Source: an uncultured Verrucomicrobiaceae bacterium (GTDB lineage: Bacteria > Pseudomonadota > Gammaproteobacteria > Pseudomonadales > CAMLJR01). Taken from it: 64,000 bases of DNA. Position 1 is the stretch's first letter; each line of letters opens with the position of its first letter. The DNA lies in contig CAZEVP010000001.1 of assembly GCA_964515735.1 (NCBI GenBank), forward strand, positions 14,749-78,748. Direction: 5' to 3'. A program made the position numbers and the translations under genes. This document shows positions 55,051-64,000 of this stretch, piece by piece. The notes beneath the pieces were generated by a model. That model was not told the DNA's origin and ran no database searches. It was given only the letters and a program-made list of their open reading frames with translations.

Positions 55051-56903
55051 GTCGCACTCTCCTGTTGATCGCGCCCGGTGGTCAGCAACAGCCCTTCCAG
55101 CTCACCGCTGTCGCGCCATTTCTGCAGCATCTCCTCGAAGGCGTAGTAACCCTCGCCCCACGGCTCGCCGAAGATCGACCGCTTCTTCTTGTCGTCGCCC
55201 TCGTTGTTGAAGTACGACGGCGTGCACTCGGTGGCGAAGGTCGAGTTGTCGACGGCAACCGAGCGCAGATGCCTGATGTAGGCCTCCTGTGCCTCGCGGC
55301 CCGGCTCGACCGTGACCGCGTCGCGCTTCAGCGCTTCGCTGGCGATGTAGCCGATGTGGAAGCCCTGATCGATGAAGGTCTTGGAGTTGGTGGCACTGGC
55401 ACCGGCCTGAGTGAAGCCGGTGAAGAACATGTTCGGGAAGTTGTGCGCCATCATTCCCTGGAAGGTCTGGAAGCCGTCGCGCCAGTAATCATAGATCGAC
55501 AGACCGTCGCGCCCCTCGATGACGTCGATGCCCCAGCGGCGGTCGAGATCGTTGGTCACCTCGTAGCCCGACGCGAAGATCATGCAGTCGATCTCGTACT
55601 CGACGCCGTTGGCGACGAATCCCTTTTCGGTCATGCGCTCCACGCCCTGCGTCGAGGCGACGTCAATCAGCTTGACGTTGGGGCGATTGAAGGTCGGGTA
55701 ATAGTCGTCGTTGGAACACGGCCGCTTGCACAGGAAGCGGTAATACGGTTTCAGCGCTTCAGCCGTCGCCGGGTCCGCGACGATCTCGTCGACGCGGCGG
55801 CGCAGCCGCTCCATGACGCGATAGTCCATCACCTCGCGTTTCGCCACGAACTCGGCCGGCGTCTTCGGCCAGCCGTCGCGACCGAACTCCCCGGACAGGT
55901 TGCGGCTGATCTCGGTCCAGATGTCGCAGATCAGGTCCGGCTCGCCGGGCGCGAGCATCTCCATCGCGGCGTGGTGGAAGTTCTTGATGCGCTCCTCCTG
56001 CCAGCCCGGTTTCAGCGACTTGAACCACTCGACGTCGGTCGGCTTGTTGTTGCGCGCATCGACGCTCGACGGCGTGCGCTGGATGACGTAGAGCTGCTGC
56101 GCATACTTGCCGAGATGGGGAACGACCTGAATCGCGGTCGCGCCGGTGCCGACGATGGCCACCTTCTTGTCGGCCAGTCTGGAGAGCACCGGGTTGCGCC
56201 ACTCGCCACCGGTGTAGTCGTAGTTCCAGCGCGCGGTATGGAAAATCTCGCCCTTGAAACCATCGATACCCGGAATACCCGGCAGTTTCGGCTTGTTCAG
56301 CGGCCCCATCGCCAGCACGACGAAGCGCGCCTTGATGTCGTCGCCGCGATTGGTGCCGACACGCCAGCGGTTGAGCGAGGCGTCCCAGCGCAGCGTCTTG
56401 ATCAGCGTGTGGAACAGCGCGTTCTCGTACAGGCCGAAGGTCTCGGCGATGATGCGGCAGTGATGCTGTATTTCAAAACCGTCGGTGAATTTCTTCGACG
56501 GCATGTAGCCGGTCTCTTCGAGCAGTGGCATGTAGCAGTAGGCATCGTTGTCGCACTGAATGCCCGGATAGCGGTTCCAGTACCAGGTACCGCCGAAATC
56601 GCCGCCGTGGTCGATGTTGTAGAAATTGTTGAGGCCGGCTTTCTTCAGCTGCGTCGCCACCATCATGCCGCAGTAACCGGCGCCGAGAATGACGACATCG
56701 GTTTCGCCGGTGATCGGATCGCGCGGCTGCACCGGCAGATAGGGGTCGACCTCGTAGATCTTCGCCCACTTGCCGCTGGTCGGGATGTACTGCTCGTTGT
56801 GATCCTTCTTGATGCGCCGGTCGCGCTCGCGAAGATATTTCTCGCGCATCGCCGGAATGTCGATCTCTTCCGCCGCAGGGCACTTCGTCGATTCGCAGTT
56901 CAT
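55047..56903 (-). CDS. Type I Baeyer-Villiger monooxygenase (paralogue 2)
   Basis: ATG at 56903 (MNCESTKCPAAEEIDIPAMREKY, parallel to paralogue 1). VVILGAGYCG, GGTWYWNRYPGIQCD, FKGEIFHTARW, VAIVGTGATA. Confidence 0.88.
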   Translation of the reverse strand: MNCESTKCPAAEEIDIPAMREKYLRERDRRIKKDHNEQYIPTSGKWAKIYEVDPYLPVQPRDPITGETDVVILGAGYCGMMVATQLKKAGLNNFYNIDHGGDFGGTWYWNRYPGIQCDNDAYCYMPLLEETGYMPSKKFTDGFEIQHHCRIIAETFGLYENALFHTLIKTLRWDASLNRWRVGTNRGDDIKARFVVLAMGPLNKPKLPGIPGIDGFKGEIFHTARWNYDYTGGEWRNPVLSRLADKKVAIVGTGATAIQVVPHLGKYAQQLYVIQRTPSSVDARNNKPTDVEWFKSLKPGWQEERIKNFHHAAMEMLAPGEPDLICDIWTEISRNLSGEFGRDGWPKTPAEFVAKREVMDYRVMERLRRRVDEIVADPATAEALKPYYRFLCKRPCSNDDYYPTFNRPNVKLIDVASTQGVERMTEKGFVANGVEYEIDCMIFASGYEVTNDLDRRWGIDVIEGRDGLSIYDYWRDGFQTFQGMMAHNFPNMFFTGFTQAGASATNSKTFIDQGFHIGYIASEALKRDAVTVEPGREAQEAYIRHLRSVAVDNSTFATECTPSYFNNEGDDKKKRSIFGEPWGEGYYAFEEMLQKWRDSGELEGLLLTTGRDQQESAT

Positions 56904-56975
56904 CTCAAACCTCTCGCGGGGCACGCCCCGGGCAATGGTGCATTGCGATCGTTCATGAACGGATTCATCCATGAA

Positions 56976-56986
56976 CAACATTGTTG
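56976..56986. promoter_or_regulatory. CAACAtTGTTG palindrome upstream of the BVMO-2 operon (next to the GTTCATGAAC palindrome at 56951-56960)
   Basis: Read directly, 73-83 bp upstream of the BVMO-2 ATG. Confidence 0.45.
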
Positions 56987-57173
56987 ACTCGGTGCGATAT
57001 TCGATGATCGGCGCGCCGACCTTCATTGACATGCGTCAACGCCCACTGCGGCGGCAATCAAGTCGCTTTCGAACGGCGATGCAATGAATGGACGTAACAA
57101 GAAACAGACGGGAGCAGTTTTCAGAGTCGCGCCAGCGGCGACCCGAAGGGTGGCGACCATGGATGGCCGCCAT

Positions 57174-57208
57174 AAAAAAACCGGCACACCGCATATCGGT
57201 GCGCCGGT
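57174..57208 (-). terminator. Intrinsic terminator after the TauD-like gene
   Basis: On the minus strand: accggcgcaccg-atatg-cggtgtgccggt followed by ttttttt. Confidence 0.8.
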
Positions 57209-57231
57209 TTCGGACTGCAGGTGAACAGCGA

Positions 57232-58089
57232 TCAGGCGATCGGCTCTTCACCCGCCGTCTTGGTGCGGTGCAGCAGACGGCCGCAGTCGGGGTCATACGG
57301 CATCGCGCGGTGCATCGTGCCGGTGTTGTCCCACATCACCGCGTCGCCGACCGACCACTCGTGGCTGTAGACGAACTGCGGCTGCGTCGCCCATGCGCGC
57401 AGACGCACCAGCAGCTTGGTGCTCTCGGTCGGGTCCATGCCGATCACATGATGCGCGGTGCAGCCGAGCACCAGCGACTTGCGACCGGAGCGGTGGGTCC
57501 AGACCAGCGGCAGCTCCACTTCGCCGATGCGAATCATCTCCATCAGCTTTTCATAGCTCGGCTCCGGCTCGTAGTAGAACAGCGAGGTCCATGCCGAGTG
57601 CATCGCCTTCAGGCTGGCGATCAGCGCCTTGTCCTCATCGGACAGATGTTCGTACGCCGCATAGGTATTACAGAACTCGGTGTTGCCACCCCACGTCGAC
57701 AACACATGGCTGGTCAGGATCGCGACACCGATCGGCATCTTGTTCATCGTGCCGTCGGAGTGCCAGTAGAGCGAACCCTTCAGGTAATCGGATTTCTGGT
57801 TCAGTTTCTGATCCAGCGTGATGTTGTAGATCTCCTGCCCTTCGAGCTCGGGCAGGAACTGCCCCATCGTCTTGGTGAAGACGACCTGTTCGGCATCGGT
57901 GAAGTTGATCTTCGGAAAGACCAGAACACCGCGACGCTCGAGCAGCTCGCGCAGATCGGCCGCGTATTCGCCGCTCAGCAGATCCTTCTTGGCGAGATTG
58001 ACCCGGCTGGCGATCAACGGTGAGACGTCGGTGGCTTTCAGCCGCTCTTCCAGTGAGGCGGTGCATTCCAGAATTGCCGCATTGGTCAT
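57232..58089 (-). CDS. TauD/TfdA-family Fe(II)/2-oxoglutarate-dependent dioxygenase
   Basis: ATG at 58089. WHSDGT (HxD), GGNTEFCN, WDNTGTMHRA are typical family blocks. Confidence 0.85.
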   Translation of the reverse strand: MTNAAILECTASLEERLKATDVSPLIASRVNLAKKDLLSGEYAADLRELLERRGVLVFPKINFTDAEQVVFTKTMGQFLPELEGQEIYNITLDQKLNQKSDYLKGSLYWHSDGTMNKMPIGVAILTSHVLSTWGGNTEFCNTYAAYEHLSDEDKALIASLKAMHSAWTSLFYYEPEPSYEKLMEMIRIGEVELPLVWTHRSGRKSLVLGCTAHHVIGMDPTESTKLLVRLRAWATQPQFVYSHEWSVGDAVMWDNTGTMHRAMPYDPDCGRLLHRTKTAGEEPIA

Positions 58090-58264
58090 GGTCGTGTTCC
58101 TCGGAAGGGTTTTCGATTCGCCCTCATGATGGCCGCGGTCACGAACCTCGGCCTTGACCGAAATCAACGACGGCGCAACAACCCACCCCTAGCATGGCCC
58201 TCACAACCGATAAACAGGCGGCCCCGCCGTGCGGCCGCCCCTTCCCGTCGATGAGGAACAGCCC

Positions 58265-59707
58265 ATGAGCGCCACCTCCAGCAATCTGGCCACGGCCAGC
58301 AATCTGATTGCCAAGGACTCCAGCTCCCCCGCCACGTCGGAGTGGCCGAAACGGTGGCAGACGCTGGCGCAGGGCGTCGGCGTCGGCCGCTACACCGACC
58401 CGGGGTTCGCCCAGCTGGAATACGAGCGGCTGTGGAGCCGGGTCTGGCAGGTGGCCGCGCGCGTCGACGAGATTCCGGCGACCGGCGACTACACCACCTA
58501 CAAGATCGGCGACCAGTCGATTCTGGTGGTGCGCGTCGACGATTCCACGATCAAGGCCTACTACAACTTCTGCCCGCACCGCGGCACCGCGCTCGGCAAG
58601 GACTGCGGCCACTTCGAGGGCGGCCGCATCATCTGCCCGTTCCACGGCTGGCGCTGGGATCTGGAGGGCAACGTCAAGCTGGTGCTGGAGCGGCAGGAGT
58701 TCCGCAACGGCGAGCTGCAGGACGAGGACGTCGCGATGCGCGAGGTGCATTCGCGCGTCTACGCCGGCTTCGTCTTCATCAGCCTCGCGCAGGAGCCCGA
58801 GCCGTTCGATGAGTTCATCGCGCCGCTGCGCCAGTTTCTCGATGACTCGGTGATCGGCGAGATGCGCCACATCTGGTGGAAGCGCGCCGCGATTCCGTGC
58901 AACTGGAAGGTGGCGCAGGAGGCGTTCTACGAGGCCTACCACGTCTCCGCCACTCACCCGCAGCTGGAGAAGGTCGGGCGCGAAGTGGTCTATGGCGACC
59001 GCGACGACGGCCCGATGATGTACCGGGACCTGACCTACGATGCGTTCGCGCACGGCCACGGCCAGTTCTACGGCGGCGACAAGACACCGATCGCCGGCCA
59101 CGTGCAGGAGCCCCTCTCTGTTCAAGGCCCCGGGGCGACCGACAACCTGCTGGAGGAGATGGCGGCGCGGATGAACCTGACCGCCGAGGGGCTCGGCGCG
59201 ATGATTCTGAAGGAGGACATCGAACTGCTGCTGACGCTGCGCGGCAAGCAGCTGCCGCCGAACGCCAATCTCGGCGCCGAATACGTCAGGCTGCAGTACG
59301 AACACGCCGCCGCGGTGAAGCGGCCGATGCCGAAGCTGTCGCCGGAGATGCTGGCGCGCTGGGGCGGCGTCACGGTGCTGTTCCCCAACATCGTGATCCT
59401 GTTCCAGGCCGGTAACGCCGCGATCTACCGCGCGCTGCCGCACCCGACCGATCCGAACCAGTGCACGTTCGAGATCCACGCGGTGAAGACCTACCCGGCC
59501 GGCGTCGATACACCGCGCGCGGTGGTCGAGGATGTCACCGACCCCGAGCGGCAGGTCGGGCTGATTCCGCGGCAGGATCTCGGCAACCTGCCGCGCATTC
59601 AGGAGGGGTTGCGTTCGAAGGGGATGAAACAGACCTGGCTGGCGTCGAATCAGGAGAAGCTGATCCTGAACATGCATCAGGAAGAGGATCGCTACCTGCG
59701 CGGCTGA
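58265..59707 (+). CDS. Rieske [2Fe-2S] non-heme-iron oxygenase, alpha-type subunit (paralogue 3, more divergent)
   Basis: CPHRGTAL...CPFHGWRW, EAFYEAYHVSATH. ATG at 58265 preferred. Confidence 0.88.
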   Translation: MSATSSNLATASNLIAKDSSSPATSEWPKRWQTLAQGVGVGRYTDPGFAQLEYERLWSRVWQVAARVDEIPATGDYTTYKIGDQSILVVRVDDSTIKAYYNFCPHRGTALGKDCGHFEGGRIICPFHGWRWDLEGNVKLVLERQEFRNGELQDEDVAMREVHSRVYAGFVFISLAQEPEPFDEFIAPLRQFLDDSVIGEMRHIWWKRAAIPCNWKVAQEAFYEAYHVSATHPQLEKVGREVVYGDRDDGPMMYRDLTYDAFAHGHGQFYGGDKTPIAGHVQEPLSVQGPGATDNLLEEMAARMNLTAEGLGAMILKEDIELLLTLRGKQLPPNANLGAEYVRLQYEHAAAVKRPMPKLSPEMLARWGGVTVLFPNIVILFQAGNAAIYRALPHPTDPNQCTFEIHAVKTYPAGVDTPRAVVEDVTDPERQVGLIPRQDLGNLPRIQEGLRSKGMKQTWLASNQEKLILNMHQEEDRYLRG

Positions 59708-59731
59708 TGCCGCGCCGATCCACCGGCAAAC

Positions 59732-59763
59732 AAAAAGCCCGGCAATCGCCGGGCTTTTTGTTT
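59732..59763. terminator. Bidirectional intrinsic terminator between Rieske-3 (+) and metZ (-)
   Basis: aaaaagcccggc-aatc-gccgggctttttgttt read directly. Confidence 0.85.
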
Positions 59764-59780
59764 CACCATCGACACGAACT

Positions 59781-61022
59781 CTACAGCGCCGACAACCCGC
59801 GCTGCATGTCGCGTTTCAGATCGTCGATCTCTTCGAGACCGACCGCGACGCGGATCAGATTGTCGGTGATGCCGGCCTCGCTGCGCTCCTGATCGCTGAT
59901 GCGACCGTGCGTGGTCGTCGCCGGATGAACGATCGTCGTCTTGACGTCGCCGAGGTTGGCGGTGATCGAGACGATGCGCGTTGCATCGATGAAGCGCCAC
60001 GCCACCGCGCGCCCCTCCTCCGGCGATGAACCGCCCTTGACGCGGAACGCCATCACACCGCCGAAGCCGCTCTGCTGCTGTTTCGCCAGCGCATGCTGCG
60101 GGTGCGATTCGAGCCCGGCGTAATGGACGCTTTCAATGCCCGGCTGCTGCTCCAGCCACTGCGCCAGCGCCAGCGCGTTGCGCGAATGCGCCTCCATCCG
60201 CAGCCGCAGCGTCTCCAGCCCCTTCAGGAATACCCAGGCATTGAACGGGCTCATCGTCGGGCCGGTGCTGCGGATGCAACCGAGCACCTCGTTCATCTGC
60301 TCGGCGCGACCGACGACGGCACCGCCGAGACAGCGCCCCTGACCGTCGAGATACTTGGTCGCCGAGTGCACGACGATGTCGGCGCCGAGCGCCAGTGGCT
60401 TCTGCAATGCCGGCGTGCAGAAGCAGTTGTCGACGACGAGCAGGCAGCCGTGCGCTTTCGCCAGCCGCGACAGCGCGGCGAGATCGGCGATCTCGTTCAT
60501 CGGATTCGACGGCGTCTCCAGGAACAGCAGCTTCGTGTTCGGCCGCACCGCCGCCTGCCATGCCGCGAGGTCGATCAGCGGCACGAAGCTGGTCTCGACG
60601 CCAAACTTGGCCATGTATCTGGTGAATACGGTCGTGGTCGTGCCGAACACGCTGCGCGAGCAGACAACGTGATCGCCACTCTTCAGCAGCGCCAGACAGG
60701 TGGCGAGGATCGCCGCCATGCCGGAGCTGGTCGCGACCGCCATCTCGCCACCTTCGAGCGCGGCGATGCGCTCCTCGAAGTTGCGCACGGTCGGGTTGGT
60801 GTAGCGCGAGTAGACATTGCCCGACTCATCGCCGCGAAAGCGGGCGGCGGCCTGCGCGGCGCTGTCGAACACGTAGCTGGAGGTCAGGAACAGCGGCTCG
60901 CTGTGTTCGCCCTCGCCGGTGCGGCGGTGGCCGGCGCGAATCGCCAGCGTGTCCAGCCCCGCTTCGCGCAGGGCGGCGGCCCGCTCGCGTTCGAGTTCGC
61001 TGCCGAATTCGCTGTCGCTCAT
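59781..61022 (-). CDS. metZ: O-succinylhomoserine sulfhydrylase (Cys/Met-metabolism PLP enzyme)
   Basis: 413 aa. GEHSEPLFLTSSYVFDSAAQAAARF, PLP-lysine block HSATKYLDGQG. Confidence 0.88.
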   Translation of the reverse strand: MSDSEFGSELERERAAALREAGLDTLAIRAGHRRTGEGEHSEPLFLTSSYVFDSAAQAAARFRGDESGNVYSRYTNPTVRNFEERIAALEGGEMAVATSSGMAAILATCLALLKSGDHVVCSRSVFGTTTTVFTRYMAKFGVETSFVPLIDLAAWQAAVRPNTKLLFLETPSNPMNEIADLAALSRLAKAHGCLLVVDNCFCTPALQKPLALGADIVVHSATKYLDGQGRCLGGAVVGRAEQMNEVLGCIRSTGPTMSPFNAWVFLKGLETLRLRMEAHSRNALALAQWLEQQPGIESVHYAGLESHPQHALAKQQQSGFGGVMAFRVKGGSSPEEGRAVAWRFIDATRIVSITANLGDVKTTIVHPATTTHGRISDQERSEAGITDNLIRVAVGLEEIDDLKRDMQRGLSAL

Positions 61023-61087
61023 GTCACCCCTCGATATCGCTGTCAGAACCGGTTCGCGAAACGTCCCGGCTCATGAAACATCCCAAC

Positions 61088-62614
61088 TCATGAAACATCA
61101 TTGTGCAGGCCGATCAGCGTACCGGAACCGCCTGTGGCCTGACCGTCGCGCGCGCTCTTGCTGTCGTCGTTGCGCTCGGCGGCGAGACGGTGCAGATAGC
61201 CGTCGTCGATATCGCCGGTGACGTATTCCCCGGTGAACACCGAGCAGTCGAACTGGCGGATCTTCGGACTGCCCTCGACCGAGCTGGCCACCAGATCCTC
61301 GAGATCCTGATAGATCAGCCAGTCGGCACCGATCATCCGGCACACCTCCTCTTCGGTGTGGCCGTAGGCGATCAGCTCCTGTGCCGTCGGCATGTCGATG
61401 CCGTAGACATTCGGGTAGCGCACCGGCGGCGCCGCCGACGCGAAGTAGACCTTGCGGGCGCCGGCCTCGCGCGCCATGTCGATGATCTGCTTGCAGGTGG
61501 TGCCGCGCACGATCGAGTCATCGACCAGCAGCACGTTCTTGCCCTGGAATTCGAGGCCGATCGCATTCAGTTTCTGGCGCACCGATTTCTTGCGCTGGTT
61601 CTGCCCCGGCATGATGAAGGTGCGGCCGATGTAGCGGTTCTTGACCAGCCCCTCGCGGAACTTGACGCCGAGGCCGTGCGCCAGCGACTGGCCGGCGACG
61701 CGGCTGGAGTCGGGAATCGGGATGACGACGTCGATGTCGTGATCGGGGCGCAGCCGCAGGATCTTCTCGGCCAGCTTCTCGCCCTGACGCAGCCGCGCCT
61801 TGTAGACCGAGACGCCATCCATGATCGAATCGGGGCGTGCGAAGTAGACGTGCTCGAAGATGCACGGTGTCAGCCGCGGCGCATCAACGCACTGCTGCGT
61901 GTGCAGGGTGCCGGCGGCGTCGATGTAGATCGCCTCGCCCGGCTCGATGTCGCGAACCAGCTTGAAGCCGAGCACGTCGAGCGCGACGCTCTCGGAGGCG
62001 ATCATGTATTCGTTGCCACTCGGCGTCTCGCGCACGCCGAACACCGCCGGGCGGATGCCGAGTGGATCGCGGAAACCGATGACGCCGTAGCCGGCCACCA
62101 TCGCCACGCAGGCATAGGCGCCGCGGATGCGCTGATGCACGCCGCGCACCGCCTCGAAAATGTCGGCCGGGCTCGGCACCAGCTTGCCGAGCCGCTGCAG
62201 TTCGTGCGCGAACACGTTCAGCAGCACCTCGGAGTCGGAGTCGGTGTTCAGGTGGCGCAGGTCCGACTGGTAGATCTCGCGGCTCAGCTCGCCGGCATTG
62301 GTCAGGTTGCCGTTGTGCGCCAGCGCGATGCCGTACGGCGAGTTGACGTAGAACGGCTGCGCCAATGCCGCGCTGGAGCTGCCCGCCGTCGGGTAGCGCA
62401 CGTGACCGATGCCCATGTTGCCGGTCAGCCGCTGCATGTGGCGGGTGTGGAACACGTCGCGCACCAAGCCGTTGTCCTTGCGCTGCTGCATGCGCCCGTT
62501 GTCGCAGGTGACGATGCCGGCCGCATCCTGGCCGCGATGCTGGAGGACGGTGAGCGCGTCGTAGATATCCTGATTGACGCTGCCGCGGGCAACGATGCCG
62601 ACAATGCCACACAT
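61088..62614 (-). CDS. purF: Amidophosphoribosyltransferase
   Basis: ATG at 62614 gives [12 protein letters not shown]... (N-terminal nucleophile Cys), PRTase motif [13 protein letters not shown]. The track ORF's 181-codon extension overlaps cvpA and is implausible. Confidence 0.96.
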   Translation of the reverse strand: MCGIVGIVARGSVNQDIYDALTVLQHRGQDAAGIVTCDNGRMQQRKDNGLVRDVFHTRHMQRLTGNMGIGHVRYPTAGSSSAALAQPFYVNSPYGIALAHNGNLTNAGELSREIYQSDLRHLNTDSDSEVLLNVFAHELQRLGKLVPSPADIFEAVRGVHQRIRGAYACVAMVAGYGVIGFRDPLGIRPAVFGVRETPSGNEYMIASESVALDVLGFKLVRDIEPGEAIYIDAAGTLHTQQCVDAPRLTPCIFEHVYFARPDSIMDGVSVYKARLRQGEKLAEKILRLRPDHDIDVVIPIPDSSRVAGQSLAHGLGVKFREGLVKNRYIGRTFIMPGQNQRKKSVRQKLNAIGLEFQGKNVLLVDDSIVRGTTCKQIIDMAREAGARKVYFASAAPPVRYPNVYGIDMPTAQELIAYGHTEEEVCRMIGADWLIYQDLEDLVASSVEGSPKIRQFDCSVFTGEYVTGDIDDGYLHRLAAERNDDSKSARDGQATGGSGTLIGLHNDVS

Positions 62615-62736
62615 CTGGATGCGATCTCCGCTGACTGTAAAACTGCTGAGAAATTCGTCCTGACCGCACCGGCCCCCGGGGCCGGCGGCGACGCCTCGTG
62701 CGTCGCGAAAAAAATCGTATGTCGCGAAAATCGCGA

Positions 62737-63255
62737 TCAGGGCACCGTCGAGCGCCCTTTCTCGACCAATTCGCCACCCGCGTTCAGCAACTGGTCGAAG
62801 GTAGCGCGCGACCACCCGTCCATCGCTTCGAAATGGGGAATCAGCCGCGACTGCAGCCACCACGGGTCCTGCCGCACCGGCAGCAGCATCGGCAGCATGA
62901 CGACGATGACCAGCACCAGCAGCAGCCCGCGCGCGACGCCGAAGGCGATGCCGAGCACGCGGTCGAAGCCGCTGAGCCCGGCCGAACTGACGAGCGAGCC
63001 GAGCAGCCGGTTGATCAGCGTGCCGATCAGCAGCGTGCCGACGAACAGCGACAGGAAAGCGAGCAGCGTCGCGATCGACGGTGTGTCGATCCACTGTGCA
63101 TAGACGAGGGCGAGACGAGTGTGGAACACCAGCGCGATCAGGATGGCGGCGACCCACGACAGCAGCGACAGCGCCTCGCGGACGAAGCCGCGCAGCAGGC
63201 TGATCAGGCAGGAGACGAGCACGATGACGACGATCGTGCAGTCGGCCCAGTTCAT
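62737..63255 (-). CDS. cvpA: Colicin V production membrane protein CvpA
   Basis: ATG at 63255: [31 protein letters not shown]..., four TM helices, upstream of purF as usual. Confidence 0.88.
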   Translation of the reverse strand: MNWADCTIVVIVLVSCLISLLRGFVREALSLLSWVAAILIALVFHTRLALVYAQWIDTPSIATLLAFLSLFVGTLLIGTLINRLLGSLVSSAGLSGFDRVLGIAFGVARGLLLVLVIVVMLPMLLPVRQDPWWLQSRLIPHFEAMDGWSRATFDQLLNAGGELVEKGRSTVP

Positions 63256-63353
63256 GGCGTGCTCACCCAGATTCATCGGTCGCGGCGTGACCCGTTACGG
63301 CAAGGCGCGAATTGTAGCAGAGCACTACCGCTCGCCCAACGCGCGACGCCGTT

Positions 63354-63941
63354 TCACTCCGGCTCGAAGCGGACGATGAAGCTGTTGACGCTGAACGCCT
63401 TGTCGATCGCCTGCTTGTCGGTGGCGGCCTGTTCGCGGCTCAGTTTCGGGCCGACGAACACCTTGGTGACCTTGCCGTCGGAGCGCGTGTAGGCCTTGTG
63501 GCCGCGTGCGGCGAGATCGCTCTTCAGCTTGTCGGCCGACGCGGCGTTCGACAGCGCCGCCACCTGCACCGCCCATGCCGCCGGCAGTCCCCTGGCATCC
63601 TCCTTGTAAACCGGCGGCGCGGCCGGTTTCGGTGCGGGCTTCGGCACCGGTGCGACAGCGGCCGGTTTCTGCTCGACCGTCGGTGCCGGCGTGCGCTCGA
63701 CCACCTTCATGCCACCGTCGTCCGGCAGCGCCGGCGGCAGCGAAGGCGCCGGGTCGATGCCCTGCGGCGGCTGCGGCTGCGGTACGTTGAAACGCTCGAC
63801 CGCCGGTGCCGCCGGAATCTCGGTCTCTTTCGCGACGTCGTCGATCGGGCTGTCGGCGGAGAGCAGCCAGAACCAGCCGATGACACCGAGCAGCAACAGC
63901 GCGATGGCGCCGGTCAGCCGCTTCTTCAGATGATCTGTCAC
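63354..63941 (-). CDS. dedD: SPOR-domain cell-division protein (DedD-like)
   Basis: TM anchor, Pro/Ala-rich linker, C-terminal SPOR (WAVQVAALSNAASADKLKSDLAARGHKAY...VFVGP). GTG at 63941 follows AGGAGG; the track start is 63956. Confidence 0.8.
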   Translation of the reverse strand: MTDHLKKRLTGAIALLLLGVIGWFWLLSADSPIDDVAKETEIPAAPAVERFNVPQPQPPQGIDPAPSLPPALPDDGGMKVVERTPAPTVEQKPAAVAPVPKPAPKPAAPPVYKEDARGLPAAWAVQVAALSNAASADKLKSDLAARGHKAYTRSDGKVTKVFVGPKLSREQAATDKQAIDKAFSVNSFIVRFEPE

Positions 63942-63952
63942 CCCTTCCCTCC

Positions 63953-64000
63953 TCACGCCAACCGCTGCAGCACTGCCGCGACGGTAAAGAACGATCCGAA
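63953..64000 (-). CDS. folC: 3' end of a folylpolyglutamate synthase-like gene (only 15 codons in window)
   Basis: Own translation ...FGSFFTVAAVLQRLA* resembles the FolC C-terminus, and the folC-dedD-cvpA-purF order is common. Very little sequence is available. Confidence 0.45.
   Translation of the reverse strand, partial: FGSFFTVAAVLQRLA

Noticed and set aside
1-64000. CRISPR arrays, rRNA genes, IS elements, prophage or known defence-system genes
   Set aside because: No regularly spaced direct repeats of 25-40 bp were seen. No transposase, integrase or phage structural proteins were seen. No nuclease/helicase/ATPase combinations typical of defence islands appear among the convincing ORFs.

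Overview
High-GC chromosomal window that looks beta-proteobacterial (inferred from gene content and order only). It falls into five blocks.

1. **1-7.5 kb:** minus-strand flagellar and chemotaxis genes cheZ'-cheY-fliA-flhG-flhF-flhA-flhB. These are followed by an unusually long class A PBP-like gene (+) and tRNA-Ser(UGA).
2. **11.3-30.3 kb:** a visibly lower-GC exopolysaccharide island, all on the minus strand. It starts about 140 bp after the tRNA and ends at cysS. It encodes a priming sugar transferase, Wza-like exporter, OM beta-barrel, Wzz-like co-polymerase, separate kinase-like ATPase, Wzy, SGNH + MBOAT, an unknown secreted protein, an LbH acetyltransferase, GT4, GT2, GT26, Wzx, a GT52 sialyltransferase-like enzyme and a pyruvyl-transferase-like enzyme.
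3. **30.7-35.9 kb:** housekeeping genes cysS, glnS, ppiB, lpxH, miaE.
4. **36.3-59.7 kb:** an oxygenase-rich island of unknown substrate. It holds three paralogous ThDP enzymes (acetolactate-synthase fold), three Rieske alpha-type oxygenases, two Baeyer-Villiger monooxygenases, two SDRs, an aldehyde dehydrogenase, a TauD-type dioxygenase, an NTF2-like protein, two IclR regulators, a CxxC (UGSC-like) protein with a translationally coupled unknown partner, and a low-GC orphan gene. Several perfect palindromes and intrinsic terminators lie in the intergenic regions.
5. **59.8-64 kb:** metZ-purF-cvpA-dedD-folC'.

The best candidate for an undescribed system is the ThDP/Rieske/BVMO island and its embedded CxxC two-gene cassette. 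A second candidate is the EPS kinase-like protein, which has a degenerate P-loop, no tyrosine tail and an MshEN-like N-terminus.

No CRISPR array, integrase, transposase or rRNA was seen. All functional calls come from reading the translated ORFs and recalling family motifs. No database search was possible. Coordinates of small motifs were hand-counted and could be off by 1 nt.
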